From a virus: a stretch of 64,000 nt of DNA. The DNA is taken from positions 1-64,000 of IMG/VR virus record IMGVR_UViG_3300021512_000003; one strand, given 5' to 3'. This document shows positions 1-8,267 of the stretch, piece by piece. The notes beneath the pieces were generated by a model. It did no database searches and had not been told where the DNA came from. It was given only the letters and a program-made list of their open reading frames with translations. Numbering within the stretch: position 1 is the stretch's first letter; each line of letters starts with the position of its first letter. Both the position numbers and the translations under genes were made by a program.

Positions 1-73
1 CAAGAAAAATCAACTGCTGTAAGTAGTAATAATCTTTCACCTGTAAGCACCCCACCAATTAATATATAAACGA

Positions 74-129
74 ACATAACAAGGCCATTAAATCCGACAG
101 CGTAGCTGCGGTTTATGGCTACGTTATAA
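74..129 (+). other. attC-like recombination site
   Basis: ACATAAC-aaggccattaaatccgac...gcggtttatggctac-GTTATAA; imperfect palindrome bounded by R''/R' boxes; follows the stop of a partial + strand ORF (1-69). Confidence 0.85.
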
Positions 130-132
130 CTC

Positions 133-786
133 TCAACTCAACACATCACCAGTGTCTGTGAACTTAGTCCCAACTCTCTTATGATAGTCCCTAAGGGCAG
201 CACCCTCGTCCAACTCTATCCCCAACTTCTTAGCTAGGTTTGAATTAAAGTCAGTAACATCTTTATTTAGAGGCACGTACTTATTCTTACTTACAGAGAG
301 TTTTGATAACTGACTATAACAATAAATCCAATCCTTCATGTACTGTCTGTACGCACACTTGAACTCATTCCACTTCTTATTCCTAAATGCGGAATCAGCA
401 GTAGCCTTCCTAAGCCCCATCCCCTCAATCAAAGTAATTACAGCACCAAAAGCCTGTTTTGTGCTTTCATTTAAGCACAAGTTACTTTTATTGTAGTAGT
501 CGTCTATATCTGTAATAGGAAACGGTTTGGGGTAGGTAAAGCTAATACCCTCGTTTGGCGTAGACCCGTCACAATACATGCTCCGCACATATAAGGCTTT
601 CTCAAAATTAGTAGTAAGTACATTCACACTTTCTCTGTGTCCCTCTTTTATCCGTGAGCACAACTCAAACAGCTTCTTCCTATACCAATATCTCATACAA
701 AACCCCCACACCAAACCCGTCACAGCAGTTATTCCAGCAACAATAACTCCTGCAAGGATCCGACTATCGTATCCGTTATTACCCAT
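133..786 (-). CDS. Cassette-borne hypothetical protein with N-terminal transmembrane helix
   Basis: 217 aa ORF; hydrophobic stretch ILAGVIVAGITAVTGLVWGF; fills cassette 124-882. Confidence 0.7.
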   Translation of the reverse strand: MGNNGYDSRILAGVIVAGITAVTGLVWGFCMRYWYRKKLFELCSRIKEGHRESVNVLTTNFEKALYVRSMYCDGSTPNEGISFTYPKPFPITDIDDYYNKSNLCLNESTKQAFGAVITLIEGMGLRKATADSAFRNKKWNEFKCAYRQYMKDWIYCYSQLSKLSVSKNKYVPLNKDVTDFNSNLAKKLGIELDEGAALRDYHKRVGTKFTDTGDVLS

Positions 787-828
787 TAGTCTGCCTTAAC
801 AGTTTTAGTTAGGCATATAATAGACCAA

Positions 829-888
829 TTATAACAAGTGCATCAACTCAGACGGCGCAGAGCGCCGCTGGTTATTCAGACGTTATAA
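829..888 (+). other. attC-like recombination site (family shared with 5231 and 5776)
   Basis: TTATAACaagtgcatcaactcagacggcgcagagcgccgctggttattcagacGTTATAA. Confidence 0.9.
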
Positions 889-919
889 ATAATAACCAAG
901 AACCTAGGAGGTTCTAAGT

Positions 920-1093
920 ATGTCAACACAACAAGTGATACCTAAATGCCCAGCACAAAACTGCCAATCAACTGCTTTTGTAGTTGTACGTGATGAACAT
1001 TTAGTTGATATTTACGACAACACTATCCAGTTTGTTTGCTGCAAGGTATGTTCCACCATAGCGGGAGTTTTACCAACTCACGTGGAGCAGTAA
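920..1093 (+). CDS. Small Zn-ribbon-like protein, 57 aa (not in ORF track)
   Basis: AGGAGG RBS inside hairpin 899-915; MSTQQVIPKCPAQNC...VCCKVC; resembles 6129-6317. Confidence 0.6.
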   Translation: MSTQQVIPKCPAQNCQSTAFVVVRDEHLVDIYDNTIQFVCCKVCSTIAGVLPTHVEQ

Positions 1094-1268
1094 CGCCCTC
1101 CAGTAAACTAGCAAGTGGTAACTTTGCAACCCAAACTTGTGCAGTCTCTGCATAAGTTTGCCCCTTACTGGCAACATAGTTTGCTGCCTCATCAGGGCAA
1201 GAGAATATAGCCTCTGGGTTGCAAAGTACTTTTGTGCGCGGCACAACACCGTAGTATGTCTTATTCAT
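1023..1268 (-). CDS. Small hypothetical protein, convergent partner of 920-1093
   Basis: AGAGGA RBS; PEAIFSCPDEAANY resembles PKAIFKCYPSAVDY in 6250-6486. Confidence 0.6.
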   Translation of the reverse strand: MNKTYYGVVPRTKVLCNPEAIFSCPDEAANYVASKGQTYAETAQVWVAKLPLASLLEGVTAPRELVKLPLWWNIPCSKQTG

Positions 1269-1290
1269 AATTTCTTTCCTCTAAAATTAT

Positions 1291-1350
1291 TTCTAACAAG
1301 AAGTTTAATTGTGACGCAGACAAGCTGCGCACATTAGCCTTACGTTAGTG
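1291..1350 (+). other. attC-like recombination site (near-identical to 7731-7790)
   Basis: TTCTAACaagaagtttaattgtgacgcagacaagctgcgcacattagccttacGTTAGTG. Confidence 0.85.
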
Positions 1351-1397
1351 GGGATTACTCCCTCTCAGTGTGTCCCCACTAACCATAGTAACACAAC

Positions 1398-4300
1398 CTA
1401 CCCTAGATTACCATAATAACCTTCTTTAATTGCATCATAAAGGTTTGCTGCTGTGTGTATTTCACCATCATATTCTACCACAGTGTCTCCAGTAATGCTA
1501 TGGTTATTTCCATCTTCTGTCTTAAACTCATACAACGTCTTTTTTAAATCTTCATCTTTCACCAACACTCCTTGGAATACTTCTGGGTTAAATCTAAAGC
1601 ATGTGACCCCCTTCAAGCCAGCATCATAAGCTTTAAGGAACACATCTCTAAACTCATCAAAAGGGGCTTCTGTAGGTATTTGTATTGTTTTCGATATTGA
1701 TGAATCTATCCATGTTTGTGCAGCAGCTTGCATAGCTATATGTTGCTCTGGAGTAATATCTGTAGCGTCTTGAAAGACCACCTCTTCTTCCTTACCTAGA
1801 GACCTTGCCACAAGAAGCTCATAACTACAAACTTCAACGGCCTCTTTAGACTTCTTCCCTTGTACAATCACATTCCTTGTGTATTTGTGTGCGAAAGATT
1901 GCTCTATTCCCGCTGAACAGTTATTCCCAACACTAAGAGATAGAGTTCCAGTCGGGGCCACACTATTCGCGTGAGTGAACCTACACCCATACTTCTTCAA
2001 ATCTTCACCTAGAGAACCACCCTCTGCCTCGTCTGCTTTTATAACCCTCTGCATGAAAACACCCTTACACCACAGAGACAGGTTATCACTCTCAGCCAAT
2101 AAAGGGGCCATACCCTTCGCCTTAGCGAGTTTTACGCCTTCCCTATAGCTACCCAGTGCTAACACCTTAGTAACCTCTCCTGTGAAGGATATGGCCTCCT
2201 CAGAGCCATAGTTTATACCTAGTAGAGAGAGACAAGAGCCTAAGCCTAGATACCCCATACCATGTCTACGCTTAGATAATATCTCTGCTCTTTGTTCTTC
2301 TAGTGGAAGGCCATTAAGTTCTACCACATTATCTAGCATACGAGTAAAGATGGCTATTACTTTGTTGTATGTGTCCCAGTCAAAAGAAGCTTCTTCAGTG
2401 AAGGGGTTTAGTACAAACTTAGTCAGATTTATTGATCCAAGTAGGCAGCTCCCGTGTGGGGGGAGAATTTGTTCACCACAGTTATGTGCATGTAGTCCAT
2501 TTGCATCAAAGGTGTTTATTCCTGTTATCTGAACATCATACACAGCCTCAACACCCTCTTCTGTAACCTCTTCTACTCTGGCAAAGAAACATTCACGATT
2601 TAGTTTACGTTTATAGCTTGCCAGAGCTTGCTGTAGGCGTGTGGCTTTTCTTGTATCTATAAAACCAACCTTGTCCTTGAACTGTGTTAAATTTTCACCA
2701 CTAACAACTAGCTCGTGATTTGCTTTAGTCTTATACTCACTTACTCCACCTCTTCCGTTAGGTAACATCCTTGTACCTGCTGGACGGCGATTTTTATAGA
2801 TAGTTGATACAATGCCTAGACGTAATAACATACGTTGCACCGCTTCAAGCCTAGGTAAGTCCGATTGAGATAGACGCACACTTACGCCTTTTTCCTGTGT
2901 ACCTTGTACAGAGCCATCAGTGTCAAAAAAGCCTCGTAAAAAACCCTTATAGAATTCACTAGAGGCTTTTTCAATCTTAGGAGAGATAACTTTATCTCCA
3001 GCTTGCATACCAACTTCCCGCGCAAGTTTATAAATAGCTGAAAGACTTAAGCGATATTCATTACGTCCTGTAACCTCTGACCAACCTTTAAAGTCACTCC
3101 TGTGAGGCAGTGTCTTTGCTGCTCTCAACGCTTCAACCATCACAGCATTAACACCATCATTAGCTGTTGCAACTTGCTTCCACACAGAGAGAACAGCTGC
3201 ATCCTGCTTCAAAGTCCCGTCTCCTATCAGCAGGCCTAGTAAATAACCTTGTTCTTCAGTGTACTCACCTTGCCATTGTTCCTGCTCTTTGTGCTTATTA
3301 AGTAAAACACAATCACCAACTTTCAGATTAGAGGCCTCACACCACTCTGTTTCAGTGTCATAACGACTAGAACCCACCCTACGCCTGACACGATGGTTTG
3401 GTGTCAGGCGTAACTTATAACCTTCTTTTGTCTGTAAGTTTACAACAGCTTTTGTTGTAGTCTTAAAGAAACCTTCTTTTCCTGAAGCATAAGATACCCC
3501 ATCAACTTGTGCAATAAAAGGTTTACCAATTAAATCACTAACTTGTCTAGCTCCTTTATTTGTTTGCACCCAAGTATCTGCTGTCACACATGGATTACAC
3601 GCCCGAAGCCTTTCGCAGAAGTAATTGTTGTTCTCTCTGTTGGCTTTATCTATAAGAAGGAACCCAGGTTCTGCATAATCATATGCAGTACGCATTAATG
3701 TTTCCCAAATGTCTTTTGCTCTCACAGTCTTATAAACCTTGCAGAGGATCTTGTTATCCTTTACTGTATAACCTGCTTCCCCACAATAGGTTTCCTCCCA
3801 GAACATATCTTTCCATACAAACTCTAAACTCTTGTCGCCCTTCTCTGCTTTAGATGCAGGGAAGAACAGCTTCCAATCTTTATCCTCTTTCACTGCCTCA
3901 ATGAAGTCATCTGTAATCAAGACAGAGAGGTTGAATTGTCTAAACCTTCCAGTCTCTTTCTTAGCAGTAATGAATGCTTCGACATCAGGATGCCATATTG
4001 CAAATGTCGCAATCTGCGCACCACGTCTTCCCCCAGCAGAGCTGATAGTGAAGCACATCTTATCAAAGATGTCCATAAAAGGTAGGGGGCCTGTTGTGTA
4101 AGCACCTACTCCAGAGACTAAAGCACCACTTGGCCTAATCGTAGACATCTCATAGCCAATGCCTGCTCCAGAAGAGAGTGTTATAGCGGCTTGACTGTTT
4201 GATTGCATGATTCCTTCCACAGAATCTTCCACGATTTTTCCAGTAGTACAATTTACCAAGCTTGCAGAAGGCTTATACTCCTCTGCTCCAGCGTTCGCTA

Positions 4301-4517
4301 GTATCCTTCCCGCTGGTGTAGCCCCGCTCTTTAAAGCCCAGAGAAATTCTTTGTACCAGTGAGCAGAATCTTCTTCACAAGCAGAGAGACTTTTTGCTAC
4401 TCTTTTGAAAGAGTCTTCAACAGTTTTATCAACCTCTCCTCCTTCATTGTCATACAGTTTATATTTCTGCTCCCAGATGTTTTGAGATGTAGGCTGAAGT
4501 TCAATATTAGTTCCCAT
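1398..4517 (-). CDS. nrdJ: Class II (adenosylcobalamin-dependent) ribonucleotide reductase, intein-interrupted
   Basis: PAGRILAN, GAGIGY, RRGAQ, EPG, NP[intein]CGEQ, CLLGSINL, VAPTGTLS, DSSISKT, LKGVTCFR; NrdJa-like C-terminus; no nrdB in window. Confidence 0.9.
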   Translation of the reverse strand: MGTNIELQPTSQNIWEQKYKLYDNEGGEVDKTVEDSFKRVAKSLSACEEDSAHWYKEFLWALKSGATPAGRILANAGAEEYKPSASLVNCTTGKIVEDSVEGIMQSNSQAAITLSSGAGIGYEMSTIRPSGALVSGVGAYTTGPLPFMDIFDKMCFTISSAGGRRGAQIATFAIWHPDVEAFITAKKETGRFRQFNLSVLITDDFIEAVKEDKDWKLFFPASKAEKGDKSLEFVWKDMFWEETYCGEAGYTVKDNKILCKVYKTVRAKDIWETLMRTAYDYAEPGFLLIDKANRENNNYFCERLRACNPCVTADTWVQTNKGARQVSDLIGKPFIAQVDGVSYASGKEGFFKTTTKAVVNLQTKEGYKLRLTPNHRVRRRVGSSRYDTETEWCEASNLKVGDCVLLNKHKEQEQWQGEYTEEQGYLLGLLIGDGTLKQDAAVLSVWKQVATANDGVNAVMVEALRAAKTLPHRSDFKGWSEVTGRNEYRLSLSAIYKLAREVGMQAGDKVISPKIEKASSEFYKGFLRGFFDTDGSVQGTQEKGVSVRLSQSDLPRLEAVQRMLLRLGIVSTIYKNRRPAGTRMLPNGRGGVSEYKTKANHELVVSGENLTQFKDKVGFIDTRKATRLQQALASYKRKLNRECFFARVEEVTEEGVEAVYDVQITGINTFDANGLHAHNCGEQILPPHGSCLLGSINLTKFVLNPFTEEASFDWDTYNKVIAIFTRMLDNVVELNGLPLEEQRAEILSKRRHGMGYLGLGSCLSLLGINYGSEEAISFTGEVTKVLALGSYREGVKLAKAKGMAPLLAESDNLSLWCKGVFMQRVIKADEAEGGSLGEDLKKYGCRFTHANSVAPTGTLSLSVGNNCSAGIEQSFAHKYTRNVIVQGKKSKEAVEVCSYELLVARSLGKEEEVVFQDATDITPEQHIAMQAAAQTWIDSSISKTIQIPTEAPFDEFRDVFLKAYDAGLKGVTCFRFNPEVFQGVLVKDEDLKKTLYEFKTEDGNNHSITGDTVVEYDGEIHTAANLYDAIKEGYYGNLG
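2481..3590 (-). mobile_element. Intein (370 aa) with LAGLIDADG homing endonuclease
   Basis: Begins CVTADTWV, block B LRLTPNHR, LAGLIDADG motifs LLGLLIGDG and FLRGFFDTDG, ends NGLHAHN before +1 Cys of CGEQ. Confidence 0.95.
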
Positions 4518-4531
4518 AGTACTCCTTTAGT

Positions 4532-4825
4532 TTACGCGACACCAAAAGACGGTAGCGCCTTTCTTAGATTGTTCGTGATTGTCGTAATGCTCTGGACACC
4601 TTGATATTTGCCGTTGCAATATACGCAGTAGTTGTCAATCCTGTCGCCCTCCGAGCATTCAAAAATGGCCGTCTCTCCTGTACCGATGCGCTCAACTGTT
4701 ATTCTCAGAGATGTGTCAACTTTCCCAGATTCTAGTGCAGCCGTTTCCATTCTCAGCATCGCTTTTTTGATGTTGGCACGTTGAGACCAGATCTTCTTCC
4801 TTTTTGCTGTTACCCTATAAGCCAT
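4532..4825 (-). CDS. Hypothetical protein
   Basis: 97 aa; AGGAG RBS supplied by the array leader element. Confidence 0.65.
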   Translation of the reverse strand: MAYRVTAKRKKIWSQRANIKKAMLRMETAALESGKVDTSLRITVERIGTGETAIFECSEGDRIDNYCVYCNGKYQGVQSITTITNNLRKALPSFGVA

Positions 4826-4873
4826 TGATTTTACTCCTACGACCTTGCGTAGTCTGTATAGTCCAGTGTTATA
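4818..4873 (+). other. Array leader / candidate attI-like site, copy 1, with IHF consensus
   Basis: 49-bp element identical to 57323-57371; IHF match AATCAATGGCTTA on - strand (4818-4830); ends in G|TTATA at 4868. Confidence 0.65.
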
Positions 4874-4909
4874 TTCTTAAGTCTTGTAAGTATTTGAGGT
4901 ATTCATCTA

Positions 4910-5236
4910 ATGATAAAAACAGACGACTCTATGAACACCTACAAGGAAAATTTATCAAAGGCTTTTGATACTAATTTACCTGAAGCAGATAAAACAGAAC
5001 TCTTAACCTACTTTCTAAATTTTAAGTCTCAAACTATCAACCATGTCAACGGCTGTCCCCCTAAAGCACAAGAAGCTGTAAATCTTCTTCAAACTTCACT
5101 AAATAAAGCCAATAAGAGCAGCGATAAACAAAGTCACTGGTATCAAAAACCAATAGGTATTATCTTCCTTAGTGTTGTTGGTATCACTTTGGCTTGGCTC
5201 TTGAGACATCTGCTAACCCCTTACATACAAATATAA
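4910..5236 (+). CDS. Cassette protein with C-terminal TM helix, canonical orientation
   Basis: Stop TAA lies within R'' (ATATAAC); WYQKPIGIIFLSVVGITLAWLL. Confidence 0.75.
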   Translation: MIKTDDSMNTYKENLSKAFDTNLPEADKTELLTYFLNFKSQTINHVNGCPPKAQEAVNLLQTSLNKANKSSDKQSHWYQKPIGIIFLSVVGITLAWLLRHLLTPYIQI

Positions 5237-5290
5237 CAAGTGCATCAACTCAGACGGCGCTATGCGCCGCAGGTTATGCAGGCGTTAGGT
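5231..5290 (+). other. attC-like recombination site
   Basis: ATATAACaagtgcatcaactcagacggcgctatgcgccgcaggttatgcaggcGTTAGGT. Confidence 0.9.
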
Positions 5291-5317
5291 GCCTCAATAC
5301 TAGAGTAAGGAAACACT

Positions 5318-5755
5318 GTGGACGCTTTTGCACTAGATATACTTAGAGAATTAAAAAACATAAGCACACCCTACGTTAATATAAATAACGTAACCTCTAA
5401 CTACGACATCCGTAGTAAGTATTTTATATCCTCTTATTTGCGACTAGAGTCTGAAGATTTAATTGCATCTGCAAATACACCTGATTGCGGTTTAGAGGTA
5501 GGGGCAGATGGAATACCTTCATGGTCTGTCGTTGATGTATATGTCACCGAGAAAGGTGACTTACTTCTCCATCCTCCAAAAACACCAATAAGTAAGGTGG
5601 TATTAAAAATTACCGAACACCCTGTTGTGGCAGCACTCATTGTTGCGGGTATTTTGGGCTTAGTTGCTTCTGTACCCACTTTTCTTGGTAGCGACCAGCA
5701 GTCAGGCCAACAACAAAAACTATCCCAACCCAAAACCAATGTATCTCAACCATAA
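5318..5755 (+). CDS. Cassette protein with C-terminal TM helix, canonical orientation
   Basis: AAGGA RBS and GTG start; HPVVAALIVAGILGLVA. Confidence 0.75.
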   Translation: MDAFALDILRELKNISTPYVNINNVTSNYDIRSKYFISSYLRLESEDLIASANTPDCGLEVGADGIPSWSVVDVYVTEKGDLLLHPPKTPISKVVLKITEHPVVAALIVAGILGLVASVPTFLGSDQQSGQQQKLSQPKTNVSQP

Positions 5756-5775
5756 ATCCTCCTGTCTGAACTTGC

Positions 5776-5835
5776 ACCTAACAATTGCATTAACTCAGAC
5801 GGCGCAGAGCGCCGCTGGTTATGCAGGCGTTATAT
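5776..5835 (+). other. attC-like recombination site
   Basis: ACCTAACaattgcattaactcagacggcgcagagcgccgctggttatgcaggcGTTATAT. Confidence 0.9.
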
Positions 5836-5837
5836 TG

Positions 5838-6038
5838 CTACGCGAGATCTTTACTTTTTACGTTTCCACAAATTTCGCACTGCAGATGATATTCAATATA
5901 TTCGTTACCGTCTGAAGATTGTATAGTTACCTTGTTAATTATTATCCACTTGTGCTCATGATCTGAAAAATTCCCAACAACTATCCTATATAGCCAACCA
6001 ATCATGGTATGCACTCCGTAGTTACTGCAATCTAACAA
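5838..6038 (-). CDS. Small cassette protein (HxW...CxxCG); true start probably ATG at about 6005
   Basis: GGAG before MIGWLY; fills cassette 5830-6080. Confidence 0.6.
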   Translation of the reverse strand: MLDCSNYGVHTMIGWLYRIVVGNFSDHEHKWIIINKVTIQSSDGNEYIEYHLQCEICGNVKSKDLA

Positions 6039-6086
6039 TTAATTCCAGCGGACGCGCTGGGCGCGCAGCTGAATCCGGTGTTATAA
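6030..6086 (+). other. attC-like recombination site
   Basis: ATCTAACaattaattccagcggacgcgctgggcgcgcagctgaatccggtGTTATAA. Confidence 0.9.
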
Positions 6087-6128
6087 ATAATAACCAAACC
6101 AACCAATGCACCAATTAAGGAGTTAAAA

Positions 6129-6317
6129 ATGGAAGGCGTTCAATCTCAGATAGGATATTATCCTAAGTGTCCTCATTGTCTTGAGGCTAATGGGTTCAAT
6201 ACTACACTAGACCCTCATACAGTTGGTGCTAGTGGAATGTACGAATTAGTTAGTTGTAAGTCATGCCAGACACTGATTCACATTTCTTGTCCCCCAAATC
6301 AGATCGTTTCAAACTAA
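6129..6317 (+). CDS. Small Zn-ribbon-like protein
   Basis: AAGGAG RBS; PKCPHC...SCKSC. Confidence 0.65.
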   Translation: MEGVQSQIGYYPKCPHCLEANGFNTTLDPHTVGASGMYELVSCKSCQTLIHISCPPNQIVSN

Positions 6318-6486
6318 AGTAGTCTGTAGGCACTTCTTGTATTTCATACAATGTATGAGAAGTGCCTTTCTTGTTTCTCTGCGCATAATCTACAGCACTC
6401 GGATAACACTTAAAGATAGCTTTAGGGTATAACTTTAAGTGCTCTACATCTGGGTAAACTAAAGTAATTGTAGCCATTTTATACAT
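6250..6486 (-). CDS. Small hypothetical protein, convergent partner of 6129-6317
   Basis: RBS present; local similarity to 1023-1268. Confidence 0.6.
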   Translation of the reverse strand: MYKMATITLVYPDVEHLKLYPKAIFKCYPSAVDYAQRNKKGTSHTLYEIQEVPTDYFSLKRSDLGDKKCESVSGMTYN

Positions 6487-6538
6487 CCTTCTAATTTAAA
6501 ATTATTATAAACAGTAACCAAGAACCTAGGAGGTTCTC

Positions 6539-6763
6539 ATGTCCTCAGTAAATCTAGTCAGTAACCACTAGGATAAAGGCTTCTGCCTAACAGAAGGTTG
6601 TAAGAGTGGCGCACTGACTATATACAACTCAAACGGTCTGCGGCTCCACTTTAAATGCCCCGTCTGTAAAATCGACAAGGAACTTAGTCCCACTGAGAGT
6701 AAAGAGCAAATCGAGATGATTGCTTATGAACTCGCTGCCAGTCTTACCACAACAAGTGAGTAA
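6539..6763 (+). pseudogene. Zn-ribbon-like ORF interrupted by in-frame TAG at codon 11
   Basis: Hairpin RBS 6521-6537; MSSVNLVSNH*DKGFCLTEGC...KCPVC...; frame stays open for 63 codons after the TAG at 6569-6571. Confidence 0.55.
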
Positions 6764-6829
6764 ACTGCTGTTTAGGAACTGCTCAAGCACCTGGGCAGTT
6801 TTCTCCTGTGCCGTATCTTCTATACACAT
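6629..6829 (-). CDS. Small hypothetical protein, convergent partner
   Basis: AGGGA RBS; 66 aa. Confidence 0.55.
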   Translation of the reverse strand: MCIEDTAQEKTAQVLEQFLNSSLLTCCGKTGSEFISNHLDLLFTLSGTKFLVDFTDGAFKVEPQTV

Positions 6830-6891
6830 AAAACTATTCCCTTATAATATACGATTAACCTTAATAACTAAGAACCGAGGAGGTTCTAAAT

Positions 6892-7068
6892 ATGTCACCT
6901 AACCAACTATTTGCAGAAGGTATTAGCAAACTATCTTCCATCCAGACAGCAGCAGAAACTACTGAGTACGAGAAGAATCTAGCAGAAGGGTTAATTCGTA
7001 CTCTTTCATCTTTGCACTCTGAAATCCTTTCTTTGAAAGAGCAAGTTCAAACTCTGCAAGACAAATAA
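6892..7068 (+). CDS. Small helical/coiled-coil protein, 58 aa (not in ORF track)
   Basis: Hairpin RBS 6871-6887; MSPNQLFAEG...LKEQVQTLQDK. Confidence 0.6.
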   Translation: MSPNQLFAEGISKLSSIQTAAETTEYEKNLAEGLIRTLSSLHSEILSLKEQVQTLQDK

Positions 7069-7153
7069 TTTGTCCATAAAGCCGAGTTTTTAGGTCAGAG
7101 CTTAGATGTATGTCTATAATTTGGAGTTTTTCAAAAAGTTCGTTTATTAGCAT
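6959..7153 (-). CDS. Small hypothetical protein, convergent partner
   Basis: GGAG RBS; 64 aa. Confidence 0.55.
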   Translation of the reverse strand: MLINELFEKLQIIDIHLSSDLKTRLYGQIICLAEFELALSKKGFQSAKMKEYELTLLLDSSRTQ

Positions 7154-7217
7154 GTACTTCTCTCCGTTTACATTGAAATACTAACTTAGAAAACCAAGAA
7201 CCTAGGAGGTTCTAAAC

Positions 7218-7484
7218 ATGGCTACTGAAATCTTGTTCAAGAAAATACAAGACACATTCCACTACGAGATCGCTAGTAGTGCTTCTGCATTTTCTTGTAA
7301 AGAAGTGAACCTAGTTGATTCAAAGTGGGATCAACTAGGGAGTGCATGGCACGAAGGGTTAAACGATCATGTCAGAGATGGTTTAGCCAACTACCAAAAA
7401 ATATTTGAAGAGGTAAACCAAATACACCCTATACCAGAAACACTTAAATACTTTTACGCTTACAGGGACGCAGCCCTTGCATGA
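7218..7484 (+). CDS. Small hypothetical protein
   Basis: Hairpin RBS 7197-7213; 88 aa. Confidence 0.65.
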   Translation: MATEILFKKIQDTFHYEIASSASAFSCKEVNLVDSKWDQLGSAWHEGLNDHVRDGLANYQKIFEEVNQIHPIPETLKYFYAYRDAALA

Positions 7485-7707
7485 TGTCTTGGAATGTGTC
7501 CTTACCAATCAAAGGTATTGTCTCGTTAAGAGATGCCTTCAGTCTAATGAAAATTTCAGGGGCTGTTAGGTGTTCATACTCTAAAGCTCTCTGAATAATT
7601 GCAGGGGTGGCTAGAGGGCTGGTTCCAGCGGCCCTCTCTTGTCTCTGTTGATCAGGGACTATGTAACCTGTGTAGGGGTCGTACCAGTACATCTTTTCTT
7701 CACTCAT
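7444..7707 (-). CDS. Small hypothetical protein, convergent partner
   Basis: GGAG RBS; 87 aa. Confidence 0.6.
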   Translation of the reverse strand: MSEEKMYWYDPYTGYIVPDQQRQERAAGTSPLATPAIIQRALEYEHLTAPEIFIRLKASLNETIPLIGKDTFQDIMQGLRPCKRKSI

Positions 7708-7730
7708 AAAACTATCTCCATTAAAATTAT

Positions 7731-7790
7731 TTCTAACAAGAAGCTTAATTGTGACGCAGACAAGCTGCGCACATTAGCCTTACGTTATGT
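7731..7790 (+). other. attC-like recombination site
   Basis: One mismatch to 1291-1347 up to the GTTA. Confidence 0.85.
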
Positions 7791-7961
7791 GTCGGTATAT
7801 TCGCTATCGTTTTCAAACTTCACTATAGCCAAATATAAATATTCTGGTATTTTCTGCCAGTGCGTCCTGTCGTATGAAGGCGTGCCCAAATAGTAGGTTC
7901 CGTCTTCCTCTTTCAATTCCAAATTGTCGTAATAGTTACTTAGCTTGCTTAACTCAGTCAT
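7785..7961 (-). CDS. Small cassette protein, 58 aa (not in ORF track)
   Basis: MTELSKLSNYYDNLEL...; its stop is the TTA of the R' box. Confidence 0.55.
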   Translation of the reverse strand: MTELSKLSNYYDNLELKEEDGTYYLGTPSYDRTHWQKIPEYLYLAIVKFENDSEYTDT

Positions 7962-7993
7962 AATTTAGCCCTTCTTTATAGTTAAAAACAACG

Positions 7994-8188
7994 TTAGGTG
8001 CCTTGCTCTTTAATTGTTTTTAGTAGTTCTTGGGCAAGTTTAACCACGCCACTATCTTCGTGATGGTGTACTTTTCTACCGTCATCAACAGAGTAAACTG
8101 TGCATCCATTACCAAGTTTTTTCCCCGTGTTTACGGCGCTTCTAGCCATAATCGGTTGTCCATTTATTAAGATTGCTACGGTCAACAT
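7994..8188 (-). CDS. Small cassette protein
   Basis: GGAGGAGG RBS; stop lies within GTTAGG. Confidence 0.7.
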   Translation of the reverse strand: MLTVAILINGQPIMARSAVNTGKKLGNGCTVYSVDDGRKVHHHEDSGVVKLAQELLKTIKEQGT

Positions 8189-8206
8189 TTTTTTGCCTCC
8201 TCCGGC

Positions 8207-8267
8207 ATATAATAATCAATTTAATTCGGATTCGCTCTACGAAGCTTAAATTGCTTTTTGGTTGTCT
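8207..8267 (+). other. Degenerate terminal attC-like site
   Basis: ATATAATaatcaatttaattcggatt...gcttaaattg resembles attC 60074; TAAC changed to TAAT. Confidence 0.5.

Larger units (their letters stand above)
1..1350 (+). mobile_element. Integron-like cassette array 1 (starts before the window; 3 attC sites, 2 complete cassettes)
   Basis: attC sites at 74-129, 829-888 and 1291-1350. Cassette 124-882 starts GTTATAA and ends TTATAAC. Cassette 883-1344 starts GTTATAAATAAT and ends ATTATTTCTAAC. Confidence 0.85.
4818..8267 (+). mobile_element. Integron-like cassette array 2 (leader plus about 6 cassettes)
   Basis: attC sites at 5231, 5776, 6030, 7731 and degenerate 8207; complementary cassette ends, e.g. 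GTTAGGTGC...GCACCTAAC. Confidence 0.85.

Noticed and set aside
4854-4866. LexA box in the leader (CTGTATAGTCCAG)
   Set aside because: Spacing is CTG-N7-CAG, not CTG-N10-CAG
6569-6571. Genome-wide TAG recoding
   Set aside because: Core genes such as major capsid, terL and tape measure end normally at TAG, and long ORFs are intact in the standard code
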